IMG/VR virus record: IMGVR_UViG_3300011113_000664
Coordinates: 64,001-128,000 of that record
DNA: 64,000 nucleotides
Strand: one strand, 5' to 3'
From: a virus
The notes under the pieces: generated by a model
The model's database searches: none
What the model was told of the DNA's origin: nothing
Seen by the model: only the letters and a program-made list of their open reading frames with translations
Shown: one piece after another, positions 1 through 9,003 of the stretch
Numbering within the stretch: the first letter of the stretch is position 1
How the letters are laid out: every line of letters starts with the position of its first letter
Program-made: the position numbers and the translations under genes

Positions 1-2278
1 CAAATATAACAGGTTTTTTTCTATTTTCATCATCAATATAATAAGATTGAATTTGATTTAAAATATTTTCTTCGCTAAGTACTGTAAATGAATTCTCTTT
101 TAATACCTTATCTTCTTTCTTAACCGCAGGTAAATCTTTTTGGTTTAATACTGCTCTACCTCTTCCTGTGCCAAGTTTATTAGCATCTTTAAATTCATTT
201 GCTTTATTGGCAGCATCATATGCTTCTTTACCTGAATCGGTATATGACATTAATTCTTTCTTTCTAGCCTCCCATTTAGCATTAGGTTCACCATTTGGTG
301 CATTTTCAGGTTTAACATGTTCTAATCCTCTGTGAACTTTTTTAAGATATTCTTGTTGATGTTCAGATTGATAGTCATATTTTGGAATGTCTTTCTTTTC
401 TAAAGAATCTTTATCATATACTAAACCATCACCTTCACCTTTTTGGACAAGCATAGTGGTTGTTTTTGTACTAGCATCTTTTTTATAGTAAGAATTAGAA
501 TCATTTTTAGATTGATTTTTTAATGCATCAATTCTAATTAAAGCATCATGCTTTTTTTCTTCTTCTAATAAACCAAGTCTTTGAACTAATCTATTATAAT
601 ATTCATTTAATGTTTTTAATGCTAAATTATCTAACTGTTTTCTGTTATATACTTCAGGCAATTCACGACCTTGGTGTTTTAAAATAAATTCACTTATACT
701 ATCTCTATTATTTTCTCTGATTAATTCAATCTTAGGACTTTTAAATACATTACTAGGTGCGGATATCTTTTTGTATTCAACAATATCATCATTCATTAAA
801 GCATCTAAATCAACTAAATTATAGTTTTCATTTACACCTTTTACACTTTTATTTGTGCCTGAATAATGTGTTTTAGTATTAACTTTAACACGACCTGCTT
901 TATCAACTTTTACAGCACCTTTATTTTTCTTAAATGCAGGATTTGACCACCTACTATAAAAATCATCTAATGCACCTAAATCATTTTTTGGTTTTTCCCA
1001 CATATTTTGTTTTTTACCCTTAACCATTTCAACAAAACCTCTTGGTTTACCATCACCATAAACTTTATAATGAGGATTAGCAACAGGAAAATCTGCAATT
1101 GCAGCACTTGTTGTTGATTCATCAAGACTATCTTTTCTAACATATAATCTAAATACATTAGAACCTAAATTATCAATTTGATTACTTCTCCTAAAACCTA
1201 AATCATCATCTCCATCCATATCACCTAGCATAAAATTAGCATTACCAACTTCAGATACTACTCTTTGAGTAAATCTTTTTATTTTTTTTTCATCTTCATC
1301 ACTTAATCCACTATAATCACCATCAATTAAGGCAGGTATTGCCCATTCAGGCACTTCATAACCACGAAGACTATCATCCATTTCCTCATCAATCATTTCT
1401 TCCATTTTGCTTCCACAATATGCTTCATTGATTAATCCTGCCCAATTAGATTCATTTAAGTAATCTTCAACACCTAATTTTTTAAGTTTACTAGATTTAA
1501 CAACAACAACATCTTTTGGAGAAATATCAGAACCATAAACTTCAGATAAAACATTTAAAAAATATTCATTTTTATTTTCTTTTAATTCTTCTGAATCAAC
1601 ATTAGAATAGTCATATCCATAAAGAATATGATTTGTTTCTTTTAATAAAGCGAAATGAGAATAGTTATATTTTTGCCAATCTTTTTTATTTTCCTCATTT
1701 AATTGTCTTTTTTCTAAATTTTTAGAAGTTACAACAATTACATCATTCTCATTTAAAAAAGGATAATTTCTTTTAATATCTTTCACAAAAAACTCATTTT
1801 TATAATTTTTTAGTTCATCTTGTGTATATCCTTCATAATTCCAAGATTCTAAAATTTTATTAGTATTTTTGTTAATTGCAAAATGAGTTGAATTACTTTT
1901 ATTTTTCATGTTTTTCATTTTATTTTCTTTTAATTTTTTCTTAGTTTTTTTGAATTCATATCCCTTATTTATAGCATCTTTTATTTTCTTATACATTTCA
2001 AATAGTTTTTTATTACTTTTTACATATTTATGAAATAATAAAATGTTCAAGATTTCATTATAGTGATATCCTAATTTTTCTTGTGCATTAATAGATAGTG
2101 CATCATATTTATTTTTGAGAAAACCAACTTTGTCAACTAAAGCCTCCATTGCCTTTAAAGAAAAAGTTTTACGATTTTTAAATTCTCGTTTTTTCTTTTT
2201 CTGTGTAACACCTTTAACTCTAGTATCAACAGTCGTAGGTTGTACATTGGCTATAGGTTGCGCTTGTTGTTTTTCCAT
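1..2278 (-). CDS. Large putative internal head/prohead-core protein (>=759 aa, 3' end outside the window; absent from the ORF track)
   Basis: Manual translation from ATG at 2278 (MEKQQAQPIANVQ...) stays open to the window edge. ACTATTTAT motif lies upstream. Many LNE/INE/IDE/LKE motifs and a tandem ~70-aa repeat. Confidence 0.8.
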   Translation of the reverse strand, partial: MEKQQAQPIANVQPTTVDTRVKGVTQKKKKREFKNRKTFSLKAMEALVDKVGFLKNKYDALSINAQEKLGYHYNEILNILLFHKYVKSNKKLFEMYKKIKDAINKGYEFKKTKKKLKENKMKNMKNKSNSTHFAINKNTNKILESWNYEGYTQDELKNYKNEFFVKDIKRNYPFLNENDVIVVTSKNLEKRQLNEENKKDWQKYNYSHFALLKETNHILYGYDYSNVDSEELKENKNEYFLNVLSEVYGSDISPKDVVVVKSSKLKKLGVEDYLNESNWAGLINEAYCGSKMEEMIDEEMDDSLRGYEVPEWAIPALIDGDYSGLSDEDEKKIKRFTQRVVSEVGNANFMLGDMDGDDDLGFRRSNQIDNLGSNVFRLYVRKDSLDESTTSAAIADFPVANPHYKVYGDGKPRGFVEMVKGKKQNMWEKPKNDLGALDDFYSRWSNPAFKKNKGAVKVDKAGRVKVNTKTHYSGTNKSVKGVNENYNLVDLDALMNDDIVEYKKISAPSNVFKSPKIELIRENNRDSISEFILKHQGRELPEVYNRKQLDNLALKTLNEYYNRLVQRLGLLEEEKKHDALIRIDALKNQSKNDSNSYYKKDASTKTTTMLVQKGEGDGLVYDKDSLEKKDIPKYDYQSEHQQEYLKKVHRGLEHVKPENAPNGEPNAKWEARKKELMSYTDSGKEAYDAANKANEFKDANKLGTGRGRAVLNQKDLPAVKKEDKVLKENSFTVLSEENILNQIQSYYIDDENRKKPVIF

Positions 2279-2290
2279 ATAAGGTTTTTA

Positions 2291-2316
2291 ATAAATAGTT
2301 GAAAACAACTAATTAT
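2291..2316. promoter_or_regulatory. Back-to-back late-promoter motifs (minus ACTATTTAT 2291-2299; plus ACTAATTAT 2308-2316)
   Basis: The same motif recurs upstream of most structural genes, in sense orientation. Confidence 0.7.
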
Positions 2317-2336
2317 AATAAATTATAAAGTTTATA

Positions 2337-2531
2337 ATGACTAAAAAGGAAGAAGAATCTTTAAAAAAAGAGATTATAAAAGAACTTAAACCTTTTATTG
2401 AAAAAGAAATACAAAAAATTGTTAAAGATAAGTTTAGTGATGATGAGATTAAAAAGGTCACAGTAAAAACCTTATCTAATTTATTTAGAGTTCTTTGGAA
2501 CAGAAAAGGTACTTGGGGTGATGCTGTTTAA
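2337..2531 (+). CDS. Small hypothetical protein
   Basis: 64-aa ORF with its own late motif, filling the gap between neighbouring genes. Confidence 0.7.
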   Translation: MTKKEEESLKKEIIKELKPFIEKEIQKIVKDKFSDDEIKKVTVKTLSNLFRVLWNRKGTWGDAV

Positions 2532-2992
2532 AAAACGAAAAAAAATGTAGTTCCTAAAGTACCAACAAGTGTAATAATAATTATATTTTTATTTCTAATT
2601 TTATATTTGTTTTCCAAAAGTGCATTCTTTTGAATATTTACAATATTATTATAATGTTCTAAACTTTTATATGTACTATCCAACTGTTGTTGTTTTAAAG
2701 CAAGTATAGTTTTATATTTTTTAATTACTGAATCATTATTTGAAATTAATGAATCTTGTAATGATAATCTTTTGGTATATAAATCTTTAATCTTTTTTTG
2801 TTTTAATAAAAAAGTTGTTTGATAATAATCAAATGTAAAAAATGACATATTATTTTTTTCAAAATAATCATATGGTTTTAATGTTCTAGGTTGATTTTTA
2901 ATCCTCAAATTCAAATTGTTCGTTTGACAATTCCCTAATAAGGGTAGCATCATCCATATTATTAATACGAGTCTTAATGTTTTTTTCTTCAT
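2528..2992 (-). CDS. Secreted/lipoprotein-like coiled-coil protein with C-terminal TM (spanin-like)
   Basis: Basic n-region, hydrophobic h-region, LLGNC-Q, coiled coil and C-terminal hydrophobic stretch. Overlaps the upstream gene by 95 bp. Confidence 0.5.
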   Translation of the reverse strand: MKKKTLRLVLIIWMMLPLLGNCQTNNLNLRIKNQPRTLKPYDYFEKNNMSFFTFDYYQTTFLLKQKKIKDLYTKRLSLQDSLISNNDSVIKKYKTILALKQQQLDSTYKSLEHYNNIVNIQKNALLENKYKIRNKNIIIITLVGTLGTTFFFVF

Positions 2993-3251
2993 TTTTATTA
3001 TCTTTAATCTTTTCTTTAATTACTATAGTATTTTGCTCAGTCTTATCTATTTGAGTTTGTAGAGAATCAATTAATATTTGTTTTTCTTTATTTATTTTAT
3101 CTAATTCTTGTATTTTTGCTTCTTTCTGACTTATTAAGTCATCATTATTTTCTTCTTTTTTAAAAAAGAATGTATAAACAAAATAATAACCTAAAAATAA
3201 ATTTAAACAAAAAGCAACACTTAATAAAAATTTTAAATAACTATTACTCAT
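2898..3251 (-). CDS. N-terminal TM plus coiled-coil protein (i-spanin/Rz-like)
   Basis: Single N-terminal TM helix followed by a long heptad-rich region; Rz/Rz1-like overlap. Confidence 0.5.
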   Translation of the reverse strand: MSNSYLKFLLSVAFCLNLFLGYYFVYTFFFKKEENNDDLISQKEAKIQELDKINKEKQILIDSLQTQIDKTEQNTIVIKEKIKDNKNEEKNIKTRINNMDDATLIRELSNEQFEFED

Positions 3252-3640
3252 TATTTTTCTGTGTTATCTTTCCAAATTTTAAAGTATTCTTTAACTTTTT
3301 GTAAAGTTGTAATGGCATCATCATCTAATTCAAGTTCATCAGAAGTAATTATTGGTTTATCTTTTTCAACATCATATGTAAAAGATAATTTACCATCATA
3401 TTTTTCACCTTTAACAAGTTTATCTGACATTTCAGTTACTTTTGAATCATTTGTTGCTTTTTCAAGAGTAGATTGTGCATCAGTATCAGCCATTTCTTCT
3501 GGTGTTGGCATATCAACATCCTCCCTTAAAAATGAAGATGAGATAGAATTGTTAGGTGTTTTCATACCTTTTGTTATTGCTAGTAACTTTTTAAGTTCAT
3601 CAACTTCTTTATTTGCTTTCTTCTGATTAAATCTAAACAT
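3251..3640 (-). CDS. Hypothetical protein, probably head-internal
   Basis: 129-aa ORF with late motif at 3651-3660 and an FLRE site after a basic N-terminus. Confidence 0.7.
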   Translation of the reverse strand: MFRFNQKKANKEVDELKKLLAITKGMKTPNNSISSSFLREDVDMPTPEEMADTDAQSTLEKATNDSKVTEMSDKLVKGEKYDGKLSFTYDVEKDKPIITSDELELDDDAITTLQKVKEYFKIWKDNTEK

Positions 3641-3650
3641 AATATTTTAA

Positions 3651-3675
3651 TATAAATAGTTTTTTTCTAATTATA
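3651..3675. promoter_or_regulatory. Back-to-back late-promoter motifs (minus ACTATTTATA; plus TCTAATTATA)
   Basis: Recurrent motif in a divergent intergenic region. Confidence 0.7.
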
Positions 3676-3692
3676 TGTATAAAATACGATTT

Positions 3693-6380
3693 ATGTCAAA
3701 AAATTATTTATCGGATAAACTAAGAGCATTACCTTTCTATGATGAAGTAACAAGAGCAGGTGGTAAAATATATGCTGTTGGTGGACCTGTTAGAGATTTT
3801 ATTTTGGGTAAACAATCTAAAGATTTAGATATTATTGTTACAGGAATTGAATATGATTTATTGCAAGGTATTTTAGAAAACTATGGTAAGACTGATTTAG
3901 TTGGTAAATCATTTGGTATTATTAAATTTAAAGAAACACCGACTAGTGAAGAAATAGATGTTGCACTTCCTCGTACAGAAAAGAAAACAGGACAAGGTTA
4001 CCAAGGATTTGAAGTAACTGTTGACCCTAATATGTCAGTAGAGGATGAAATGAGAAGAAGAGATATTACCATTAATAGTTTAGCTATGGATGGTGATGGA
4101 AATATTATTGACCCATTTAATGCTCTTAATGATATAAAAAATAAAAATATTAAAGCAACATCAAATGAAAGTTTTTCGGAAGACCCATTAAGAATGTTGC
4201 GTGTTGTACAATTTGCAACAAGGTTTGGTTTTAACATTGATTCTCAAACAGAAGAAATGATTAGACAAAATGCAATGCTAATAGAAGAAATTTCTCCTGA
4301 AAGATATATTATTGAATTTGATAAAATAGTTTCAAAAGGTAACCCAACCCAAGGTGTTAAATTGCTTGTAGATTTAAATTTATTTGTACCAATATTTGGT
4401 TTTGTATATTCGGGTGATTTTAAAAACTTTGATAAAGTTAAGTCTATTGGTGAGTTTTTATATTTATGTACTTTTACACCTCAAAATTCAGCACAGAAAT
4501 TTTTTTTTGAAATTATTAAAAAAAGATTTGGTTCTGCATTAGCAGATAAGGTTAAAAAAGAAATTGAATCCTTAACAAATTTAAGTTTGTTTGGACAAGA
4601 CAAAGTTGAGAATCTTTTTACATTAATGAAGATGTATAAACTTTCTCCTGAAACAATACAAAATTCATTATTAATACCTAATGAATTAAAACAAATGGCT
4701 CAAAAATATCCAATGGATGTTAAACAACTTGATATTACAGGTATGGATATTATGGGATTAGGTTTTAAGGGTAAAGATATTGGTGATAAAATAATTGAAA
4801 TATTTAAAGCTATTTTTTCTGACCAAATACCAAATCAAAAACAATCAATAATTGATTATCTTAAAAAAAATAAACTAAATGAAAACGAATCAATGGAAAC
4901 ACCAAGAATAACATCATTTAGACAATTGGTTGAAAAATCACCAAAAGAATTAAAAGACATTTTATATTCAAACTGGCAAGCAAAACAAAATCCTAAATGG
5001 CATCCTGAAGGGAATACACTAAAACATATTATTGTTGTAACAAATAGAGCAATTAATAAACAACCATATAATATCAATTTGATATTAGCAGGTTATTTTC
5101 ATGATTTAGGTAAAATGGCGACTTATGAAATTTCACCTAAAACAGGACAACCAACTGCTTATGGGCATGAAGATGTATCTGCTGACTTAGTTAATAAATA
5201 TCAAGATTTTATTACTGAATTAGGTGGTAATCCTGAAGTGGTAAATTATATTGTAAAAAATCATATGAAAATGAAACCTACCACTTGGGATGTAATGAAA
5301 GATGCAAAGAAGGATGTTATAAAATCAAATCCTAGTTTTTCTGATTTAGAAACATTTTCAACAATTGATAAAGGTGGTTTAAATGAAAAACAAGAATTAA
5401 AAGGTGGTAAAGCAGACAAATTAACTTTGGGTAAAATTGCCGAAATACATAATATTAAAATTGAGAAATTAATACCTCAATTAAAATTAGGTATTAAGAC
5501 TGAAATGGAACATACTAATGATAAAAAACAAGCAAAGGAAATAGCATTAGACCATTTAGCTGAAAATCCAAAATACTATACAAAACTTAAAAAAGCAAAG
5601 TTAGAAGAAACTATTATTAATTCATTAAAAACATCTTTTATTGAATCTGAAAACATACCATCTAAATTAAAATCAGATGTTGAGATTGAATATCATAAAA
5701 GTTTAAATCCTTATTTCTGGTTAAACAATCATTTAAAAAGTAATATCAGAAAAAATCTTTTGAATCTTGGTAAATATTATTTTAAAAGTTTAGAATTAGA
5801 CCCAAAGGTAAAATTAAAAGATATAATTTTTACAGGTAGTTTAGCAAACTATAATTATACAGATTCATCTGATATTGACTTACATATTGTTATTGATTAT
5901 AAAGATGTGTCAGATGATGTTGATTTTGTAATGAATTATTTTTTACAAAAAAGGGCAGCATGGGAAGTATCAAATGATGTAAAGATTGGTAATTATCCTG
6001 TTGAGATATATGTTCAAGATATAAATGAACAAACTGTTGGTAAAAGTGCAATGTATTCAATACTTACTAATAAGTGGATTAAGAAACCAAAGTATAAATT
6101 ACCTGAAGTTGATAGGCATTTAGTTACACAAAAAGTTAATAAGTATTTAGATATCTTTAATAAGATATCAATGATGAAAGACTCATTAAAGAAGATTGAA
6201 AGTTATAATAAAGTACTTAAAAAGATTAAGAAAGAGCGTGGTGAAGCAACTCAAAAGGAAGGTGAATTTTCGGTAAATAATTTAGTTTTCAAAGTTTTAA
6301 GAAACAAAAAAGTATTTGATATCATTAAGGATGATAAAAAAGAAATAGTAAATAACGTATTTTCTATAAATTCTAACTAA
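3693..6380 (+). CDS. cca: Four-domain fusion: CCA-adding tRNA nucleotidyltransferase + HD phosphohydrolase + DUF5661-like + Pol-beta-type nucleotidyltransferase
   Basis: VGGPVRD..DLD, RRDITIN, EDPLR (class II NTase); HPEG..H, HDLGK, GHE (HD domain); GIKTEMEH..ALDHLAENPKYYTKL; TGSLANYNY..SDIDLH..EIYVQD. Start moved from 3675 to 3693 because the promoter motif overlaps 3675. Confidence 0.85.
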   Translation: MSKNYLSDKLRALPFYDEVTRAGGKIYAVGGPVRDFILGKQSKDLDIIVTGIEYDLLQGILENYGKTDLVGKSFGIIKFKETPTSEEIDVALPRTEKKTGQGYQGFEVTVDPNMSVEDEMRRRDITINSLAMDGDGNIIDPFNALNDIKNKNIKATSNESFSEDPLRMLRVVQFATRFGFNIDSQTEEMIRQNAMLIEEISPERYIIEFDKIVSKGNPTQGVKLLVDLNLFVPIFGFVYSGDFKNFDKVKSIGEFLYLCTFTPQNSAQKFFFEIIKKRFGSALADKVKKEIESLTNLSLFGQDKVENLFTLMKMYKLSPETIQNSLLIPNELKQMAQKYPMDVKQLDITGMDIMGLGFKGKDIGDKIIEIFKAIFSDQIPNQKQSIIDYLKKNKLNENESMETPRITSFRQLVEKSPKELKDILYSNWQAKQNPKWHPEGNTLKHIIVVTNRAINKQPYNINLILAGYFHDLGKMATYEISPKTGQPTAYGHEDVSADLVNKYQDFITELGGNPEVVNYIVKNHMKMKPTTWDVMKDAKKDVIKSNPSFSDLETFSTIDKGGLNEKQELKGGKADKLTLGKIAEIHNIKIEKLIPQLKLGIKTEMEHTNDKKQAKEIALDHLAENPKYYTKLKKAKLEETIINSLKTSFIESENIPSKLKSDVEIEYHKSLNPYFWLNNHLKSNIRKNLLNLGKYYFKSLELDPKVKLKDIIFTGSLANYNYTDSSDIDLHIVIDYKDVSDDVDFVMNYFLQKRAAWEVSNDVKIGNYPVEIYVQDINEQTVGKSAMYSILTNKWIKKPKYKLPEVDRHLVTQKVNKYLDIFNKISMMKDSLKKIESYNKVLKKIKKERGEATQKEGEFSVNNLVFKVLRNKKVFDIIKDDKKEIVNNVFSINSN

Positions 6381-6398
6381 TTATATTAAAATATTGTC

Positions 6399-6920
6399 AT
6401 GACTAACAAACAACTATATAATTTAATTTTTGAAAATTTTGTTCAAGCTAAGAGAGAATTAATTAGAGAAGGTTATACAAAAAAACATTTAGATGAAGTT
6501 GATTTCAATGAAATCTTTGGTAGAACTAAATCATTAATGCAAGAAAAGAAAATTGAATCTCTTAAAAGAGAAAATGAAATGCTAAAAAAACAACTTAGCA
6601 AAAAGCAAGGTTTAAAAGAAGCTGGTTCAATGAGTGCTGCCGAAATGGGTAAGCAAACAGGTGGCGCAGGTTCTGAAAGTATATGGAATTTTTTAACAAA
6701 AGTTGGTGCTAAATTAGGCAGTAAAACTGCAAAGGCTGATGTTATTGCTGATGAATTAGAAAAAAATAATCAGTTAAATAGTAGTGATATTGATAAATTC
6801 AAATTTAAATATATAAGATTTAAAAAATCAGGTTTAAATGATATGCAAGCCACAGAAAAAGCATTGGATGAATTGAGAATGCAGAATTTAGCTGAAAGTA
6901 AAAAAAGAAGAAGATATTAA
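6399..6920 (+). CDS. Hypothetical putative internal head protein
   Basis: Late motif ACTAATTATA at 6376-6385; IFE/IRE/LKE/LAE sites. Confidence 0.7.
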   Translation: MTNKQLYNLIFENFVQAKRELIREGYTKKHLDEVDFNEIFGRTKSLMQEKKIESLKRENEMLKKQLSKKQGLKEAGSMSAAEMGKQTGGAGSESIWNFLTKVGAKLGSKTAKADVIADELEKNNQLNSSDIDKFKFKYIRFKKSGLNDMQATEKALDELRMQNLAESKKRRRY

Positions 6921-6949
6921 TAAATAAAATAGATAAAATTTATAATAAA

Positions 6950-8125
6950 ATGATTAAAAGAGCAGATGCAAGTAAAATTAGTAGAGAGAAAGCAACTAAA
7001 GAACAGATTGCTGAAAACTTTAAAAGGTTAGCTGTTGATACTGATAAAAAAGTTCAATTAAAACCTTCTCTATTAAAGATTCAAAAAACTTTGGATGGAA
7101 ATACTTTTGGTATTATTCACGAAAATAAAACTTATTACTTAAAATATACAACTAAAAAAGGAAGTACTAATCCTGCTGATTTTAAACATTTAGATGGGTT
7201 AAATGCTACTTTTGGTATTGAGAAACATAATTCTTTTGAAAAAGCAACAAATAAAATGACATTCATTTGTGAAGCACAAAATAATGCTCATAAATTAAGA
7301 TTGCTTCTTGAGAAAGATGAGGATATTACTGATGATGCTGAAACATCAGAACCTAGTGTAGATAACAAAGAAACTAAAATCACTAGTGATGAAAAAGAGC
7401 AAGACCTTATTGCATCATTAGATAAAAAAGAAACACCACCTGCTGCCCCTGCTGCTGATATGGGTGGTGTGGAAACACCTGCTGCTCCTGCTGCTGATAT
7501 GGGTGGTGTGGAAACACCTGCTGAAGAACCTGTTGATACACAACCAAAAGGAGACTCACCTAAAGATATTGCTGATGAACTTTTAGGTCCTGAAGGAATT
7601 GGTGGTGAAGAAACACCTGCTGAAGAACCTGCTACACCTGAAGGTGGTGAAGAAACACCTGCTGAAGAACCTGCTGCTGATACTACTGCTACACCTGAAG
7701 AACCTGCTGAAGAAGTTGACCCTAAAAAGGCATTTCAAGAAGCTGTTGGTAAATTAGGACAAACTATTAATGACCTTCAAGATAATGAACAATTTGATGA
7801 AAAGGACATTAAAAATGCGATGAATAGTCTTATTAGTGCTATTGGTTCTGAAGGTTTTAAAATGGTTGGTGATAAAGTTGTTGATTCTTTCATTAAAAAA
7901 ATGAAAGGTTCACAAGAAAAAATTGATACAGAAGAAACCCCTGCTGAAGAAACCCCTGCTGAAGAAGTACCTGCTGAAGAAGAATCAACTGAAAAATTAG
8001 ATGAAAATCTTTTAAGACAATTAAAAGCTGAATCTAAAAAATTATTAAAAGAACAATTACAGCAAGAAATTGAAAAAAGAAAAAGAACTATTCTAATTGA
8101 AAGTATTAAAAGAAAATTAATTTAA
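6950..8125 (+). CDS. Acidic, Pro/Ala/Glu-repeat putative prohead core protein
   Basis: 391-aa ORF with ETPAEE repeats between folded ends; LLE/LDE/LKE/LIE sites. Confidence 0.7.
   Translation: MIKRADASKISREKATKEQIAENFKRLAVDTDKKVQLKPSLLKIQKTLDGNTFGIIHENKTYYLKYTTKKGSTNPADFKHLDGLNATFGIEKHNSFEKATNKMTFICEAQNNAHKLRLLLEKDEDITDDAETSEPSVDNKETKITSDEKEQDLIASLDKKETPPAAPAADMGGVETPAAPAADMGGVETPAEEPVDTQPKGDSPKDIADELLGPEGIGGEETPAEEPATPEGGEETPAEEPAADTTATPEEPAEEVDPKKAFQEAVGKLGQTINDLQDNEQFDEKDIKNAMNSLISAIGSEGFKMVGDKVVDSFIKKMKGSQEKIDTEETPAEETPAEEVPAEEESTEKLDENLLRQLKAESKKLLKEQLQQEIEKRKRTILIESIKRKLI
7439..7516 (+). repeat. Tandem 39-bp coding repeat (PAAPAADMGGVET x2)
   Basis: cctgctgcYcctgctgctgatatgggtggtgtggaaaca occurs twice; related GGEETPAEEPA and ETPAEE repeats at ~7601-7675 and ~7934-7980. 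Confidence 0.9.
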
Positions 8126-8126
8126 T

Positions 8127-8534
8127 ATGTTATTAATAATTTCACAAATTATACCAACTACACAAATTATTTTTGCAGCATTATCTGCAATAGTTGGTAC
8201 TATTTTAACATATGTATTTGTAATACCTGTATTACAAAATAAAATTAATGGTTTAGAGGAAGAAAGAAAAGCTCAAAAGGAAACTTTTGAAAGAATAAGT
8301 TCAGATGTTGGTGAAATTAAAACAAGAATTGCAATATTAGAAAGTTCTGATAGTAAAATGACTAAATTAATTGATGAGTTATTTGATTCTGAAAAAGAAA
8401 ATAATGATAAATTTCAAATAATGATTCAAAAAAATACTGAGGCTATTACTAAATTAGAAGCAACACTTCAAAATTTAAATGAACACACAAAAAAATTAGA
8501 CGATTTCTTTACTAGATTTTTAGAAAAGAAATAA
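8127..8534 (+). CDS. N-terminal TM plus coiled-coil membrane protein (possible holin/lysis accessory)
   Basis: One hydrophobic helix followed by heptad repeats. Confidence 0.5.
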   Translation: MLLIISQIIPTTQIIFAALSAIVGTILTYVFVIPVLQNKINGLEEERKAQKETFERISSDVGEIKTRIAILESSDSKMTKLIDELFDSEKENNDKFQIMIQKNTEAITKLEATLQNLNEHTKKLDDFFTRFLEKK

Positions 8535-8550
8535 TTTTTATTATTTATTT

Positions 8551-8988
8551 ATGGAAAAAGAATATATTAATATTGAACCTATTAAGGTTCAAGAAACCGA
8601 TTTAAAATTAGTTTATGTAAATCCTGTCGGTGAAACCCATAATGGTTCACAAAAATTAGAATTTATATTTTCAAATAATCCTGATGATTGTATTGGCCCT
8701 CAATGGGAAGATGTATGTGATTTAGGTGTTTATCCACCAAGAAAGGGATTCATTAAAAAAGTAATGGAAGTTACATCTGATTCAATTGAGTTTGATTGTA
8801 TTGTAGATTCTTCGGAATTTAGAATGCTTGATGCTGTATTTGGTGTTGTAGCACTCGCTTGGGAATATGTGGAAGATTATAGAAAGATGTCTTCGTTAAA
8901 CAAAAGTCTTGTTGTTTTTAGATATGGCGATTCATATTATGATGTTCGTGAAGTATTGAGAAACAATGATATTAAGTTTGAGGACTAA
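8551..8988 (+). CDS. Hypothetical protein upstream of terminase
   Basis: 145-aa ORF with normal composition and position. Confidence 0.7.
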   Translation: MEKEYINIEPIKVQETDLKLVYVNPVGETHNGSQKLEFIFSNNPDDCIGPQWEDVCDLGVYPPRKGFIKKVMEVTSDSIEFDCIVDSSEFRMLDAVFGVVALAWEYVEDYRKMSSLNKSLVVFRYGDSYYDVREVLRNNDIKFED

Positions 8989-9003
8989 TTAAAATAAAAC
9001 CAC

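Noticed and set aside
3651-3658. Canonical T4 late promoter TATAAATA on the + strand before cca
   Set aside because: It is the reverse complement of the CTATTTATA motif serving the divergent gene; co-directional loci show the functional orientation is CTATTTA.
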